Source: a virus (lineage: Duplodnaviria; Caudoviricetes). Taken from it: a stretch of 64,000 nucleotides of DNA. The notes beneath the pieces were generated by a model, which ran no database searches, was not told where the DNA came from, and saw only the letters and a program-made list of their open reading frames with translations. Both the position numbers and the translations under genes were made by a program. The stretch is taken from the IMG/VR virus record IMGVR_UViG_2859725622_000004, positions 1 to 64,000 of that record. One strand, 5' to 3'. Shown here piece after piece: positions 10,244 through 21,075 of the stretch (the first letter of the stretch is position 1; each line of letters begins with the position of its first letter).

Positions 10244-10618
10244 TTAGTTCTCCGTCACCGATACAGAACCACCTTCCCAGCGAATATCAGCAGTCGCCTC
10301 GGTGCTATCTACTTCTTGGGTATTTACCGACCACATACCACTGCCGATAATCGTTTTGCCATTGGCCAATTCACAGACAATATTGACATTGGTCTGGTCG
10401 TTAAAATCGCTGATCGACGTGCTGCCACTGTCACGGATTTGGCAGGAAATAAACGGGGCGCTAAAGGTTTCTTTATAACCATGCACCCCATCCATTCCCG
10501 TCAGGGTTTCACGCTTGAATTTTGAGGGGCTGTATTTAAATTGCCCCGCAACCATGATGGTCAGGCCGTCAACGGTGACATAAGCTGTTCCCGCGAGGCG
10601 ATTGGATGTATCACCCAT
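10244..10618 (-). CDS. Tail tube protein (Mu-like)
   Basis: RETLTGMDGVHGYKE motif; follows sheath. Confidence 0.85.
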   Translation of the reverse strand: MGDTSNRLAGTAYVTVDGLTIMVAGQFKYSPSKFKRETLTGMDGVHGYKETFSAPFISCQIRDSGSTSISDFNDQTNVNIVCELANGKTIIGSGMWSVNTQEVDSTEATADIRWEGGSVSVTEN

Positions 10619-10630
10619 GATAATGAATCC

Positions 10631-12121
10631 TTATGCTGATGCCTGGAGGCGGAATTGGTTGAGAACAGCGAAGATACGCAACTGATTGATCAGGACACCG
10701 GTCCACAGCACATCAACTCTATTCGGGTTACTGGCGCTTTTTTCGACCTTCAATCCCTTGGCAAACCCTTTGGCATCCTGCACATAGCCGTTAAATTCCA
10801 ACGTCTGGTACTGGGCAATCAATTCAGCGCGGATCACGTTCGGGGTAATAATCGCCGAGCCGGGGGCAAAACGGGTGCCATCGGCCGCCAGCTTCATACG
10901 GGCGAATTTCGACGTTACCTGGGTACGCAGGAATCGAGTGACAAACATCAGCAGGAATAAAGTCTCAATCTGCAAATAGCTGTCATCTTCCGCGCCATAT
11001 TTGTTCTTTTGGTAGGTGGTAATGATGTTTTCTACCTGTACCGTACCATCGTCGGTGGTAGTGACCGTGGATATCCCGCTGTGCAGCAGGTTATTACGCT
11101 CGGTCAGGGTAAAGCGGCTGGCCAGTGGGGGAGCCAGTACGCCACTGATTGCCAAGGTTTGTAACGGGCGTCCGGGGTCGTTACGCAGACTTTGCGCAAT
11201 AGCGCCAACATAAGCCGCTGACCAGATATAGCTTGGTGTTGGCGAGCCATTTACCCCCAACAGAGAAGCATGCTGATCATTGCGTAATTCGCCTGCGGAT
11301 GTCAGTTGTCCATAAGTCCCCGATTGAGCCGCAAAGCTATGGCCATAGAGCTGCTCGGCATAACTCCAGCGACCGGTACTGTCTGACAAGAAGTCTTTGA
11401 TTTTATTCAGTGACGCAGTGTCAGTGTATGGATTGATAATGAAATCAAAGGTCCTATCCTGCAAATTAGCCAGCGCATCATCCAGTTCAGGCGCACCCGC
11501 ACCGCCAGCCATTGGCGTAAATGTCAGTACCAGGCTATCTGGTGTTGTTTCGCCACCGGCGCTACCCAAATAGTTCAGCCGCAAATCAATCGTGTTACCG
11601 TGGGAACCTTTGTTTTTAGCGGTGAGCGTGATGACCGCCGCCACCGCAGCAGCAGTGACAGGCAAGGCGCTGGCGGCATTGATGGCGGAAGTTAATGCAG
11701 TGGCAATCTCTGCCACCTCATCAGTCGCCACCACCGCGACTTGCACCCGAATACCCGCGATATACAGAGAGATAACCCCAGTTGCTGATGCCTGCGTGGT
11801 CACGGTAATCTTACCCGTTGCCGCAACCATGGATTCCACATCGCTCAACGGTAAAATGTAGATCTCACCGGCGATGTCATTCGCTAAGTATGCAGCCATC
11901 TGACCATGCAACATTGAACCTGCACCAGCTTGCCCCGCCACGGTAGCCACTGAGGAAACCGGTACCGGAATATCCGCAGGTAACGAGCCTGAAGCCAACA
12001 TCTGGCCGATGATTAAAGTTCGCTGCGTCGTTGTCGCCGTGTTCGCCTGTGAGTTATCAAATTCAGCGAAGAAAAGCGGTGTCCGAAGATTGCTCGGAAT
12101 ATTAGTAAAAGGAATAGTCAT
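10631..12121 (-). CDS. Tail sheath protein (Mu gpL-like)
   Basis: IPSNLRTPLFFAEFDNSQA N-terminus; NPNRVDV C-terminus. Confidence 0.95.
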   Translation of the reverse strand: MTIPFTNIPSNLRTPLFFAEFDNSQANTATTTQRTLIIGQMLASGSLPADIPVPVSSVATVAGQAGAGSMLHGQMAAYLANDIAGEIYILPLSDVESMVAATGKITVTTQASATGVISLYIAGIRVQVAVVATDEVAEIATALTSAINAASALPVTAAAVAAVITLTAKNKGSHGNTIDLRLNYLGSAGGETTPDSLVLTFTPMAGGAGAPELDDALANLQDRTFDFIINPYTDTASLNKIKDFLSDSTGRWSYAEQLYGHSFAAQSGTYGQLTSAGELRNDQHASLLGVNGSPTPSYIWSAAYVGAIAQSLRNDPGRPLQTLAISGVLAPPLASRFTLTERNNLLHSGISTVTTTDDGTVQVENIITTYQKNKYGAEDDSYLQIETLFLLMFVTRFLRTQVTSKFARMKLAADGTRFAPGSAIITPNVIRAELIAQYQTLEFNGYVQDAKGFAKGLKVEKSASNPNRVDVLWTGVLINQLRIFAVLNQFRLQASA

Positions 12122-12312
12122 TATTTGGTTTTCTCCGCTTTGGTGGTTTCTGGCGCAGGTTTAGCCTCTTTAGGCTGTTCGCGCACCACATCACCGTCGT
12201 TTAAACGACGACGCCAAAATGAATTATCGGGAACCTCAGCGCCAGTTTCAGGCAAAAAGGTGCCCTTAACCGGGTCGCGTACAGTGCGACCGGCTACGGG
12301 TTTAACAATCAT
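12121..12312 (-). CDS. DUF2635 (Mu gp38-like) protein
   Basis: VKPVAGRTVRDP...FWRRRLNDGDV. Confidence 0.85.
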   Translation of the reverse strand: MIVKPVAGRTVRDPVKGTFLPETGAEVPDNSFWRRRLNDGDVVREQPKEAKPAPETTKAEKTK

Positions 12313-12316
12313 GGGT

Positions 12317-12862
12317 TTACTCCGGGAAGTTGATTGAAACTACGGGTTCGGTAGTGCCATCTGGCATGGCTATCGTGACATCCATACCGTCTAATCTGTC
12401 GGCATTAATGGGATAGAAGTCTTCCGGCCCTTGGTAATACTCGATATCCAGTTCCATCAATAATTGAGCCAGATGGCCTTCGCCCCCCGAGTCTAGATCA
12501 ATGGTTGAACGCACTTTGGCAAATTGCTGTATCTGGCGAGTAAGGTCATAACTGTTTATCACCGCCCGCTCAATTTGTTCTCGCAACCGTTCGAGCGCCA
12601 GTTCTGCCTTATTCGCCCCATCATTCTCATTTTCGCCGTCAAGCTCCTGCAACCGGCCAGTGATACGCACGGTGGTAATAGTATTGAACTGCGGGGCGTT
12701 GCGGCCTAATGACTGCTTTTCCTCGATAAGGGTTTGCACCAAGATAACCGGATACATCTCCTCAGTAGTTGGCCAGTCGCGCGGGGAGTAGACGCGGTTT
12801 CCCGCGTCAGTATTTCCGATGATGGCATCAACAACCAATTTCCTGACTTGCGCTGTATTCAT
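12317..12862 (-). CDS. Probable tail terminator/completion protein
   Basis: Synteny between head closure and sheath. Confidence 0.55.
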   Translation of the reverse strand: MNTAQVRKLVVDAIIGNTDAGNRVYSPRDWPTTEEMYPVILVQTLIEEKQSLGRNAPQFNTITTVRITGRLQELDGENENDGANKAELALERLREQIERAVINSYDLTRQIQQFAKVRSTIDLDSGGEGHLAQLLMELDIEYYQGPEDFYPINADRLDGMDVTIAMPDGTTEPVVSINFPE

Positions 12863-13203
12863 GGTTTCACCCGATTCAGAATGAGTTTGCTGCCGCCATG
12901 ACTGTCTGGCTGAACATCTGCTACAGCAAACAAGGTATTGACCGGTTCATTAGCAACGATGCCAATAAATACCCGGTCACCCTGTTTAGGTGGCGAACGA
13001 AACTCACTGTCCCTAACCCCTAAAACGGGATTGGTGGTATTAATGGTGCTGCCATCATCCAGCGGGTCAATGGTGGTATAGGCCCGATCAAAGATGCCGC
13101 TGATGGTATAAGTTGGCTTACCACCAGCAGGCCGGTAATCAACCGGGTCACCAAATACCGCTTGTAGGGGTGCAAGAAGATGCTGATCCCAGTTGATACC
13201 CAT
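12859..13203 (-). CDS. Head-tail joining/closure protein
   Basis: Synteny; PKQGDRV...DVQPDSHG motif. Confidence 0.65.
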   Translation of the reverse strand: MGINWDQHLLAPLQAVFGDPVDYRPAGGKPTYTISGIFDRAYTTIDPLDDGSTINTTNPVLGVRDSEFRSPPKQGDRVFIGIVANEPVNTLFAVADVQPDSHGGSKLILNRVKP

Positions 13204-13610
13204 CAGCTACCCCGATTTATCTTCACACCATCATCGACAGTGATTGAAGGGCCAATAGCGCTAGCCGCCTGCTGCCGTAACACTTTCACATCAGCAACCA
13301 CGCCCAGGCTAATCAGTCGTTCAGCATCATCATGCGGCAGGAATAAACGGCTATTATCAGCATAAGTTTTCCCGCTATGGCGCAGAGTCTGGCCTTTTAC
13401 GACAACAACCTCCAACTCGTCACTGTCGTCGGAAGGATCATCACTCTCCGTCTCGTTCTCTGTGGTACGTTCCTGAACATCAGATTCAGGCTGTGTTTCG
13501 TTATTATCCGTCACAACAGTCTGTTCCTGCGGGGTGTCAGCGTCGAACTCGGGCGGCAAGCCGCCCAGTTCGTTAATGCTGGCTTGCTGCTTGCTCGGTG
13601 TTTTTGCCAT
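13203..13610 (-). CDS. gpFI-like DNA packaging accessory protein
   Basis: Acidic low-complexity N-terminus, then VVVKGQTLRH...AERLISLGVV; follows capsid gene. Confidence 0.5.
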   Translation of the reverse strand: MAKTPSKQQASINELGGLPPEFDADTPQEQTVVTDNNETQPESDVQERTTENETESDDPSDDSDELEVVVVKGQTLRHSGKTYADNSRLFLPHDDAERLISLGVVADVKVLRQQAASAIGPSITVDDGVKINRGS

Positions 13611-13611
13611 A

Positions 13612-14658
13612 TCACACCACCGTCGCACAGAGTGAGGCGTTAACCCGGCTTGGGATCACCAATGGTGCAGATTGCATCATCAAATAACGCTGGGCGGGGT
13701 TAGGCATAACCCATGATTTAGGCGCAAACGCTAAAGGCCCATAATTAAACGCTGGGTCAAGAATGACACCAAAGGCGCGAGTACCCATTAGATCAGCACC
13801 TGACATCAACACGGCACCATCGGGGATCATCGGCTTTTCAATGCCATCAACGGGATCAACGAACCAGTCGTTATACAACCACAAATCAAAGTTGCCCCAG
13901 CGACCTTTATAGACTGCGCCTTTATTGATTCTCGGACCGGCATCGACCTGATTACCAAACGGACTCAATGCTGGGAATGTAATAGCATTGTCCTTAATGG
14001 TGGTATCGAGACGGAACGCTTTCCATGAAGAGGTCGTAAATACCAAGTCAGTGGCCACCGCCCCAGACTCTTTCAACATCAATGTTTGCCAGTCTTCAAT
14101 ATCATCGGATGGCTGGGTATTTGTCGTGCCTGCGGGAATAGATAAAGGCCATTTATCTGACCCACTCAGCGTAATCGTCAAAGAACTTGAGCGGCCAAAG
14201 TCAATCTCAGCTGTTTCAAACCCTTCACCCACGACCATGATTTTTGCTTTAGTCAGTGCACTGGCCGCCATCCATTCCAAACGACGGTTAATCATGTCAA
14301 TTTGATCTTCCATTTCAAATTGAATATTGAGCATCTCACGTTCAGTCGCGGTGAACTCCCCCCCAATACGTTCGCCCATTTGACGTCGGATTGGTTTGCG
14401 CAGATCTGGAACCCGCACATCTTTAATGTAAGCAGGCTTAAAGGTATTGGTCTGATATTTTCGGCTTTCAACCAAATGACCGGCGACTAACGGCGATACA
14501 AAAGGTGCAAGGCGGCGCTTACCGATGTCCACATCAATTGAAACCTCTTCAGTCTCATAGGTAACGATGTTGGGAAAGAAGCGATCCAATAGCCAGTTTT
14601 GGCTAGTTTTTAGGTTAGGAACAACCTGAACCAACGCGTTGGTATCAAAAATATTCAT
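13612..14658 (-). CDS. Major capsid protein, lambda gpE family
   Basis: FLDRFFP-like LLDRFFP, APFVSP, FKPAYIK, MMQSAPL motifs. Confidence 0.95.
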   Translation of the reverse strand: MNIFDTNALVQVVPNLKTSQNWLLDRFFPNIVTYETEEVSIDVDIGKRRLAPFVSPLVAGHLVESRKYQTNTFKPAYIKDVRVPDLRKPIRRQMGERIGGEFTATEREMLNIQFEMEDQIDMINRRLEWMAASALTKAKIMVVGEGFETAEIDFGRSSSLTITLSGSDKWPLSIPAGTTNTQPSDDIEDWQTLMLKESGAVATDLVFTTSSWKAFRLDTTIKDNAITFPALSPFGNQVDAGPRINKGAVYKGRWGNFDLWLYNDWFVDPVDGIEKPMIPDGAVLMSGADLMGTRAFGVILDPAFNYGPLAFAPKSWVMPNPAQRYLMMQSAPLVIPSRVNASLCATVV

Positions 14659-14767
14659 GTAGTGTCTCTTTTGATTTTCTGGCAGCCAGAGCCGCCAGAC
14701 AAAGATTGAGGACGAGTAAGCCCCTACCAGGTGAATGGCATTGGGTGCACAGTAAGGAATTTAGATT

Positions 14768-15169
14768 TTAGACTGGAGCCTGGATACTGTCTTCGAGGAA
14801 GATTGAGTAGGTCCGCAGATCGGTTTTTAATTCAGCCAGCGTCCATGAAACATCATGAATAATGCGGTTTTGATTGAATTGCCCCATCAAATAAATGCCT
14901 CCGCGCTGAGATGTTGTTGTTGTATCCACATCATCGACGAGGATGGCGACCGGTACTTCACTGCCATCGGTGGCAGTCTTAACAGACTTGACGTACTCAC
15001 CTGATGCCGTAATTTTACCCAATACAGTGCCCCGCAAATGTATCGCAGCCGCCTGAGCAATAACGCCAGTATCAGTGACCAGTTGCAATGTCCCTGAGAC
15101 TAACTGATCTGGCACAAACAACGATGAGCTCATGCCCGGTTGAAATGCATTTTGTCCGAAGTTATCCAT
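14768..15169 (-). CDS. Head decoration protein (gpD-like)
   Basis: LRGTVLGKIT...DGSEVPVAIL...Y.MGQFN. Confidence 0.85.
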   Translation of the reverse strand: MDNFGQNAFQPGMSSSLFVPDQLVSGTLQLVTDTGVIAQAAAIHLRGTVLGKITASGEYVKSVKTATDGSEVPVAILVDDVDTTTTSQRGGIYLMGQFNQNRIIHDVSWTLAELKTDLRTYSIFLEDSIQAPV

Positions 15170-15753
15170 TATTTTTTACCTTTTGCAGAGTCATAGAGGC
15201 TGGTCATCTTATTGACCAGTGACGCGCCTTTTGATGCGGCGGCGGTGTCTTGTCCAGGCTGTGCATTACCGTGGGCTTGCATCCGCTCATCCAAAGAACG
15301 TTTACGAGGGGATGATGCAGGTGAAGTAGCTGCGGTTGAGGCAAGAACACGGATCACAGCAGCAGAACTCATGCCGGAATTAAGCGCCAGAGAGACCGCT
15401 AAATCACCGCGCCCAGTAGCATGCTTACTGCCAAAGATACGAGCACAGCGCTGGCGCTCAGCACTGCGGCCTTTTTTGACGTTACGGTCTTCGGTATCAT
15501 CATCGCCGTCATCGTCACTCCCTTCATCAGCGTCAGCATCATCGGGGTCGTCCTCAGCATCAGGGTCCTTATTATCCTGATCATCGGGATTATCGTTTGA
15601 GTCGTCATCGTTCTCTTCGGCTTCAGGGTCTTTTTCATCCTCTTCAGCCTGACGACCTTTGGCCTTTTTGACCTTGTCCTTATCGTCCTCTGTCTCTTCT
15701 GACGCCTTGGCCCCACGGCCAAACAGGTGTGAAAAACCTTTAATTTTCGCCAT
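15169..15753 (-). CDS. Acidic scaffolding-like protein (Nu3-like, separate ORF)
   Basis: D/E-rich tract followed by AERQRCARIF...; between protease and decoration gene. Confidence 0.6.
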   Translation of the reverse strand: MAKIKGFSHLFGRGAKASEETEDDKDKVKKAKGRQAEEDEKDPEAEENDDDSNDNPDDQDNKDPDAEDDPDDADADEGSDDDGDDDTEDRNVKKGRSAERQRCARIFGSKHATGRGDLAVSLALNSGMSSAAVIRVLASTAATSPASSPRKRSLDERMQAHGNAQPGQDTAAASKGASLVNKMTSLYDSAKGKK

Positions 15754-16610
15754 TACTTTTCTCCAACCAATGTTAATAAATCGCGGAATGCGACATCAGG
15801 CGGGGCGACTTGATCAGCCAGCCCCAACTGCACACCATCAGCGGCCAAGAAACATGCCGCCTCGGTGTCCCTGATAGTTCTTTCTGCTATCCCGCGATTG
15901 CGGGAAACGGTACTCACAAACAGGCGGCCCATCTCGTCAACATCAGATTGAATGGCCTTCTTTGCCTCTTCGCTTAATGCTTCATAGGGATTTGATTCGG
16001 CTTTTCTGCTGCCAAAAGTGATTATCGTAACCTGTACCCCATCGCTTTTTATGCGCTGCGACCAGTCAACATGCATCACGATGACGCCGATAGAACCAAC
16101 CCCGCCGGTGCGAGGAACGATAATCCGATCCGCTGCACTGGCCAGCGCATAAGCAGCCGAATAAGCATTTTCGGACAGGATTGACCAAATGGGTTTAGCG
16201 CCTCGGGCGGCATAAATTTCATCGACCAAATCAAAACAACCGGCGACTTCACCGCCCGGTGAATCGATATCAAAACAAATGCCCTTCACCGCATCATCAT
16301 TCATTGCTGTCAGAAAGCTGGCCCGAATACCGTCATAGCCTGTCATGCCGCTATAAGGTCGCAGGGTGCCTAACTTTTGCACCAACGTGCCCTGAATCGG
16401 AATGACCGCCACGCCCTCGATAACGTCATAGCCACAATCACGACCCTTGCGTGAAAAGAAATCATCCTCTTCGTCGGCCCAATCGGCATTAGACTGGATA
16501 CGCGTCAGTCCGAACCGGTCAGTCAATGCCGCCATAACCACTTCAGCCTTGTGTGGGTGAAGTGCCAACGGGGTGTTAAATAGCCGCTGGGCTAAATGTG
16601 GAAGATTCAC
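15753..16610 (-). CDS. S49 family prohead protease
   Basis: DIDSPGGEV, AYSAAYALAS, GGVGSIGV motifs. Confidence 0.95.
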   Translation of the reverse strand: MNLPHLAQRLFNTPLALHPHKAEVVMAALTDRFGLTRIQSNADWADEEDDFFSRKGRDCGYDVIEGVAVIPIQGTLVQKLGTLRPYSGMTGYDGIRASFLTAMNDDAVKGICFDIDSPGGEVAGCFDLVDEIYAARGAKPIWSILSENAYSAAYALASAADRIIVPRTGGVGSIGVIVMHVDWSQRIKSDGVQVTIITFGSRKAESNPYEALSEEAKKAIQSDVDEMGRLFVSTVSRNRGIAERTIRDTEAACFLAADGVQLGLADQVAPPDVAFRDLLTLVGEK

Positions 16611-18244
16611 TGTGCCTCCGGTTTTTGTTGTTGATCGGGTGCAAAGGTGTCAGCTTGCAACCATGTAGGGATCGGCAGTCCGCGCTCAATGTAGGCCTCG
16701 CGTTCTCGCTGGCGCTGATCCAGTAGCTCTTCCCAGTCTTCGCCCACGTTCTCAGCCGCTTCCATTTCGAGAGTAGACAATCCAGCCTCCATCCCGAGAA
16801 TGGCCCCTTTTTTCTCAGCCACCGGATCAACCCAACCACGACCGGGGCCCATCCACTGCGCACGGCAATATGCCGCTTTCGCTGTGAGAAAATCAGGTGC
16901 GCCATCAGGCAAGGGAACCTCACCTAAATCATGCAATTCTTCGATAAAACACGACAATATTGGCTGGGCGAAACCTGTAGCAAAATCATCGCGCCGGCGG
17001 GTCAGGGTTTTCCAAGCTTCCAGCATTGCTGAACGGGCTGAGCTGTAGTTAACATCCGACCAGTCTTGTGTCAGTTGCTGGGTAGAAATTCCCAATGATG
17101 CGGCTATGTTCCGTAACGCCGCGCTTTCAAAAGCAACAAAGTTACTGGTTGGTCGAACCGCGTTTAGGGTGGTCATTTCCTCACCGGGTGCCAGTATCGG
17201 AATACGTGCGCCACCCTGTAGTGACAGGCGTTTTTCGTCGTGATACTCGCGGCGCATGTCTTGATATCGGTTAACTTCCTCACCCGTATCAAGGGCGTCC
17301 GCTACCAAACTTGGGTCATAAGGTGATGTGATAAAGGCGGCAAAAATGGAGTTCAGGATTGACGACTGCAACTCAACCTCATCGTACTTAATCAGCATTT
17401 TAAGACGCTGAACGATGGGAGTGAAAATACTGATACCCCGATGCTGGGAGGCCCGGTCACTATCAAAATCATGGATGACGATTGGGCGACCCCAGTCAGT
17501 TTCACGCGGGATACGCTCCCAAGTCATGGTTTCTTTACCGCTCCACCAGTCGCCCATGTGAGCTTTTCGGATGTGATAAGCAATAGGTACCCCATCCTCA
17601 TCAATCTCTACCCCACCGCGAATATTCGGCATGTCGAAATTTTGCTGAGGATTGCTTAATCTATCCGGGTCGATGATCTGCATGGTCGTGGCATACTGCG
17701 CGCGCCCATAGCCCAGACGGTCAGGTCGATATTGCATAACGCAGAGCGCATCACCGTCAGTTAGTTTGTGGCGAAAACCAAGCCGGAGCAGTTGAGCGAC
17801 TGTTTTCTTCCTTTCCACATCACAATAACGGTTCGGATCATTCGCCCACGTTCGCCAGCCTGATTCAATGGCCCGTCCATATTCATCAGCCCATTTTGCG
17901 TCAAATTTAGGATTCCCGGTCATCAGTGCCAAAGTCCGGTAATCAACCTTGGCAAGCGGCCGGAAAGACGCCCCCACAGCATTATCCAAAATGCGGGTAA
18001 CGCTGCCCGATGCCCAACCATCGTTACGTACCATGTCGCGAACGCGGGCAACAACCTGATCGCGGGAGGTATTGATTTCGTTATCCGGTGACCACAAGGA
18101 CGGCTGCCAATTGGCCATAGAATCACTGAATGAATCAGCAGCGTCATACGGAACCCCTCGGGAACCACTCAACATTGATGCCCTTGATTTGGATGGCGGC
18201 AAGGGGCCACCGTCAGGACCTAAAATCCTTACTGGGTTTTTCAT
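16607..18244 (-). CDS. Portal protein, lambda family
   Basis: RVRDMVRNDG, DWSDVNYSSAR, WVDPVAE motifs. Confidence 0.95.
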   Translation of the reverse strand: MKNPVRILGPDGGPLPPSKSRASMLSGSRGVPYDAADSFSDSMANWQPSLWSPDNEINTSRDQVVARVRDMVRNDGWASGSVTRILDNAVGASFRPLAKVDYRTLALMTGNPKFDAKWADEYGRAIESGWRTWANDPNRYCDVERKKTVAQLLRLGFRHKLTDGDALCVMQYRPDRLGYGRAQYATTMQIIDPDRLSNPQQNFDMPNIRGGVEIDEDGVPIAYHIRKAHMGDWWSGKETMTWERIPRETDWGRPIVIHDFDSDRASQHRGISIFTPIVQRLKMLIKYDEVELQSSILNSIFAAFITSPYDPSLVADALDTGEEVNRYQDMRREYHDEKRLSLQGGARIPILAPGEEMTTLNAVRPTSNFVAFESAALRNIAASLGISTQQLTQDWSDVNYSSARSAMLEAWKTLTRRRDDFATGFAQPILSCFIEELHDLGEVPLPDGAPDFLTAKAAYCRAQWMGPGRGWVDPVAEKKGAILGMEAGLSTLEMEAAENVGEDWEELLDQRQREREAYIERGLPIPTWLQADTFAPDQQQKPEAQ

Positions 18245-18507
18245 CAGTAACGAAACCTTATCGCCCTGCGTGGACGCTTAACGATGCCTAGCTGAGCCTG
18301 AAGAAGCTGAATTAACCCCATGAGTGTCCCAATATCTGTTTGCTGATAGGTAACCGATCGGGTGCCATCCCCTTGCGCATAGGAGAACGAAACGCCCTTC
18401 GCGCCGGACGATAATTCGATATAGGCTTGCTGCGCTCGGTTTAATGCCTCTTCTAATTGGGCGCGACTCATCGCACCGGCCAGTAGGCTAGTGTTTGCAT
18501 TGAACAT
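18244..18507 (-). CDS. gpW head completion protein
   Basis: Small gene between terL and portal; RSVTYQQTD...RR motif. Confidence 0.8.
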   Translation of the reverse strand: MFNANTSLLAGAMSRAQLEEALNRAQQAYIELSSGAKGVSFSYAQGDGTRSVTYQQTDIGTLMGLIQLLQAQLGIVKRPRRAIRFRY

Positions 18508-18515
18508 GGATATCC

Positions 18516-20495
18516 TTACGCCAGCCTTCTGGCTCTACTTTTGGGTGTAGTGGGTTGTGACTCTGGAATAATGACGCCCGGAAAACGCAAGTTGGGCTTG
18601 TCTTCTGTAACGTCAGAAGGAGGCAGTAATTTTTCAGGATGACTTAAAAGGCTGTCAGCATATTGGTTAAGACTTAATCCAAAATGCAGCAACCCTTTCA
18701 ATGCTGCATAGCTGTATACCCGGCAATCTAATGCCTCATTTGCGCGCCCGGGCAATAATTCCCAAACGCGATAACGTTGCCCGCCCGCCGTTTTAACAAC
18801 GGAGCGCTCTGCAAGTAATTGGCTAAAATAGTGTAAATCACGCTCAACTGGGTAGTGCATATACCCAGCAGAAGGGATACCCGCCGCCGGTTGCTCCATG
18901 TGAAGACGGGAACGAATGGCGTCTTTTGCAGCATTAACACCCAGTATAATGGGCTTGAATTGAGACTTTGACCGAGAAGATGGTCGCTTTGTTGGCCAGA
19001 TGGGTGAACGCTTACCGCCTCTTGCCGACTCGCCTTTTATCGCCCATATCCGCCGTCCAATACGCTCTTTGGAAAACTCATACACTTTCTGTGTATGATG
19101 CCCGCCGGAGTCGTGACAGGCAGCCATAATCGTAAAACCTCGCCCGTCCGCTCTCCGCCATGTCTGCTTCAGGTAAGCATCAAGCCGACGCCAGGGTTCG
19201 TCAGTTTCTAAATCCCCCTCAATAACGTCATAAGCGATAGACCAGCTTTCTTCATTCCTGCCCCAACCCACCACCTCAATCTCAAGTCGTCCGTCTTGTG
19301 TATCGATACCGGCGGTGACGACGGCAACACCATCAGGGACTTCAGCGGAATAAACCTCACAACGTTCTGCCAGGCTTTTTTCACTGAGCGCCTTTTCACC
19401 GCGATCTTCATAGGGTTCACCCAAGACAAGGTTAATAAATGTCTGGCGCATCAAAGGGTCGTCTTTTACCCGCAACCACTCGGCAACCAGATACTTCCAT
19501 GCCGCGTTAGGGAAGAGACTGTATCCCGCCCAAATATGAAAACCCGCATGCCCTTTAAAGGGCATAGTTGCCTGCCACCTTCCCGCTTTCACCATTCCGG
19601 CTTTATCGTTGTGATGGATCACACAACCGTTATGGCGGCAAACATAATAGGCGGTATCGGGTAATCCATTACCGTCAGAGTCTTTATCCCACTTAATTCC
19701 GTATGGCGTTGTTGGCCCACCCCATTCCAGCGTTTGGAATTCACCACAGTGAGGGCATGGAACATAATATTTACGCTGATCACTTTCAGCATAAGCCTTC
19801 TCAATGCGGCTAATGCCTTTAACCGTCGGGGTTGATCCTAATATTATTTTTCTATTCCAGAATGTCTCTGAACGCTTGGTACCCAATGCTATCTGATCAC
19901 CATCAACACCGGCCCCCGCTATCGGATACCCATCGACTTCATCAAAAGCAATGATTCGACAAGTTATACGACGGAAGCCACCAGGACTGTTTGCCCCTAC
20001 CAGCGTTAAATTAGAACCGTTGAGAAACTGCTTTTTAAGGATGGTCTGGTTACTGCTCTTGGCTTTCGGATCACCGGATATCTCAGCGAGAACAGGGGTA
20101 TCCCTGAGCATGGGAGAAATTTCAGTCTTACTGTAATCCTCCGCATCTTCAACACGGGGTTGCACAACTAAAATGGGTGAAGGGTCATGTACCAGGTAAT
20201 AGCCGATAACATGATCCAAAATCTTGGTGTAACCCACTCGGGCAGATTTCATGACGGACACCTGAGTAACCAGTGGGTCAGTTACTGCATCCATAATGCC
20301 ATCCTGATAAGCAAAAGAGCGAAATCGTCCAGTCTGTGCACTGGTCTCTTTTGACAATACCGCATGCTTATTGGCCCACTCACTCAATGATAGAGGTTCG
20401 GGGGGCTTTAAGTTCTTGCGTCGTTGATGCAGTTCCGTGGAGAAGTTTTGCCAAGCGGCCGGGTCAACTGCTCTCTCCGTTGTTATTGTTATCAA
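18516..20495 (-). CDS. Terminase large subunit, lambda gpA family
   Basis: MKSARVGYT Walker A, DEVD Walker B, STPT, CPHCG, NEALDCRVY. Confidence 0.97.
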   Translation of the reverse strand: MITITTERAVDPAAWQNFSTELHQRRKNLKPPEPLSLSEWANKHAVLSKETSAQTGRFRSFAYQDGIMDAVTDPLVTQVSVMKSARVGYTKILDHVIGYYLVHDPSPILVVQPRVEDAEDYSKTEISPMLRDTPVLAEISGDPKAKSSNQTILKKQFLNGSNLTLVGANSPGGFRRITCRIIAFDEVDGYPIAGAGVDGDQIALGTKRSETFWNRKIILGSTPTVKGISRIEKAYAESDQRKYYVPCPHCGEFQTLEWGGPTTPYGIKWDKDSDGNGLPDTAYYVCRHNGCVIHHNDKAGMVKAGRWQATMPFKGHAGFHIWAGYSLFPNAAWKYLVAEWLRVKDDPLMRQTFINLVLGEPYEDRGEKALSEKSLAERCEVYSAEVPDGVAVVTAGIDTQDGRLEIEVVGWGRNEESWSIAYDVIEGDLETDEPWRRLDAYLKQTWRRADGRGFTIMAACHDSGGHHTQKVYEFSKERIGRRIWAIKGESARGGKRSPIWPTKRPSSRSKSQFKPIILGVNAAKDAIRSRLHMEQPAAGIPSAGYMHYPVERDLHYFSQLLAERSVVKTAGGQRYRVWELLPGRANEALDCRVYSYAALKGLLHFGLSLNQYADSLLSHPEKLLPPSDVTEDKPNLRFPGVIIPESQPTTPKSRARRLA

Positions 20496-21075
20496 GGCTT
20501 AGCTCCTCCATTGCCTCGTAAACCACTTCTTGCAGTGCTTCAACAAACTCCGCATCGTTAGTGGTTGAGGCCAGCACCCGCAAGCGGGGACCATGTTCGG
20601 GAGCGATGGCAATCAGGCGGGTACGCATACGTGAATATTCGCTACCTACCGCCTCAATCATCTCTTTGTAAGGAAGTACCTGACCTGATTTAATGTCATA
20701 TTCCAACCGAGTGAGCAGCGCCAGAAAGTTTTCTTTCATTTCTCTGGCTTCATCGATTGTCATCTCGACGCCGCTTTCAGCAATCATTTTCTTCACAACG
20801 TCTGCGGGAGAATCCACCGGATCTTTATCAGGTCTGTTACCTGATCTGTTACCTTTGGCTCTGTTACCCGTCTTGTTACCTGCTTTGTTACCCTGCGTGT
20901 TACCTGCAACTTTTTTCTCTGGTCGGGTAACAGTTTTCCGAAAGCGCTCAATGTTGGCATTTGATGCCTCAACATCAATGTCATCACCCGCTAAAACCAG
21001 CCACCCACGCGCCTTCCATGCTGTAACCGTCTTTCGGCTGACATTGTGAAGTTTGGCAAAATCTGACTGGTTCAT
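20464..21075 (-). CDS. Terminase small subunit (Nu1-like)
   Basis: N-terminal HTH MNQSDFAKLHNVSRKTVTAWKARG; overlaps terL start; follows cos. Confidence 0.85.
   Translation of the reverse strand: MNQSDFAKLHNVSRKTVTAWKARGWLVLAGDDIDVEASNANIERFRKTVTRPEKKVAGNTQGNKAGNKTGNRAKGNRSGNRPDKDPVDSPADVVKKMIAESGVEMTIDEAREMKENFLALLTRLEYDIKSGQVLPYKEMIEAVGSEYSRMRTRLIAIAPEHGPRLRVLASTTNDAEFVEALQEVVYEAMEELSLDNNNNGESS

Noticed and set aside
15399-15722. Overlapping alternative-frame ORF in the acidic scaffold gene
   Set aside because: By-product of low-complexity GAT/GAC codon runs; no RBS or motif
20836-20904. CRISPR array or DGR repeat
   Set aside because: Repeats are 6-7 bp at 12-15 bp period within a coding gene; no cas or reverse transcriptase genes anywhere in the window
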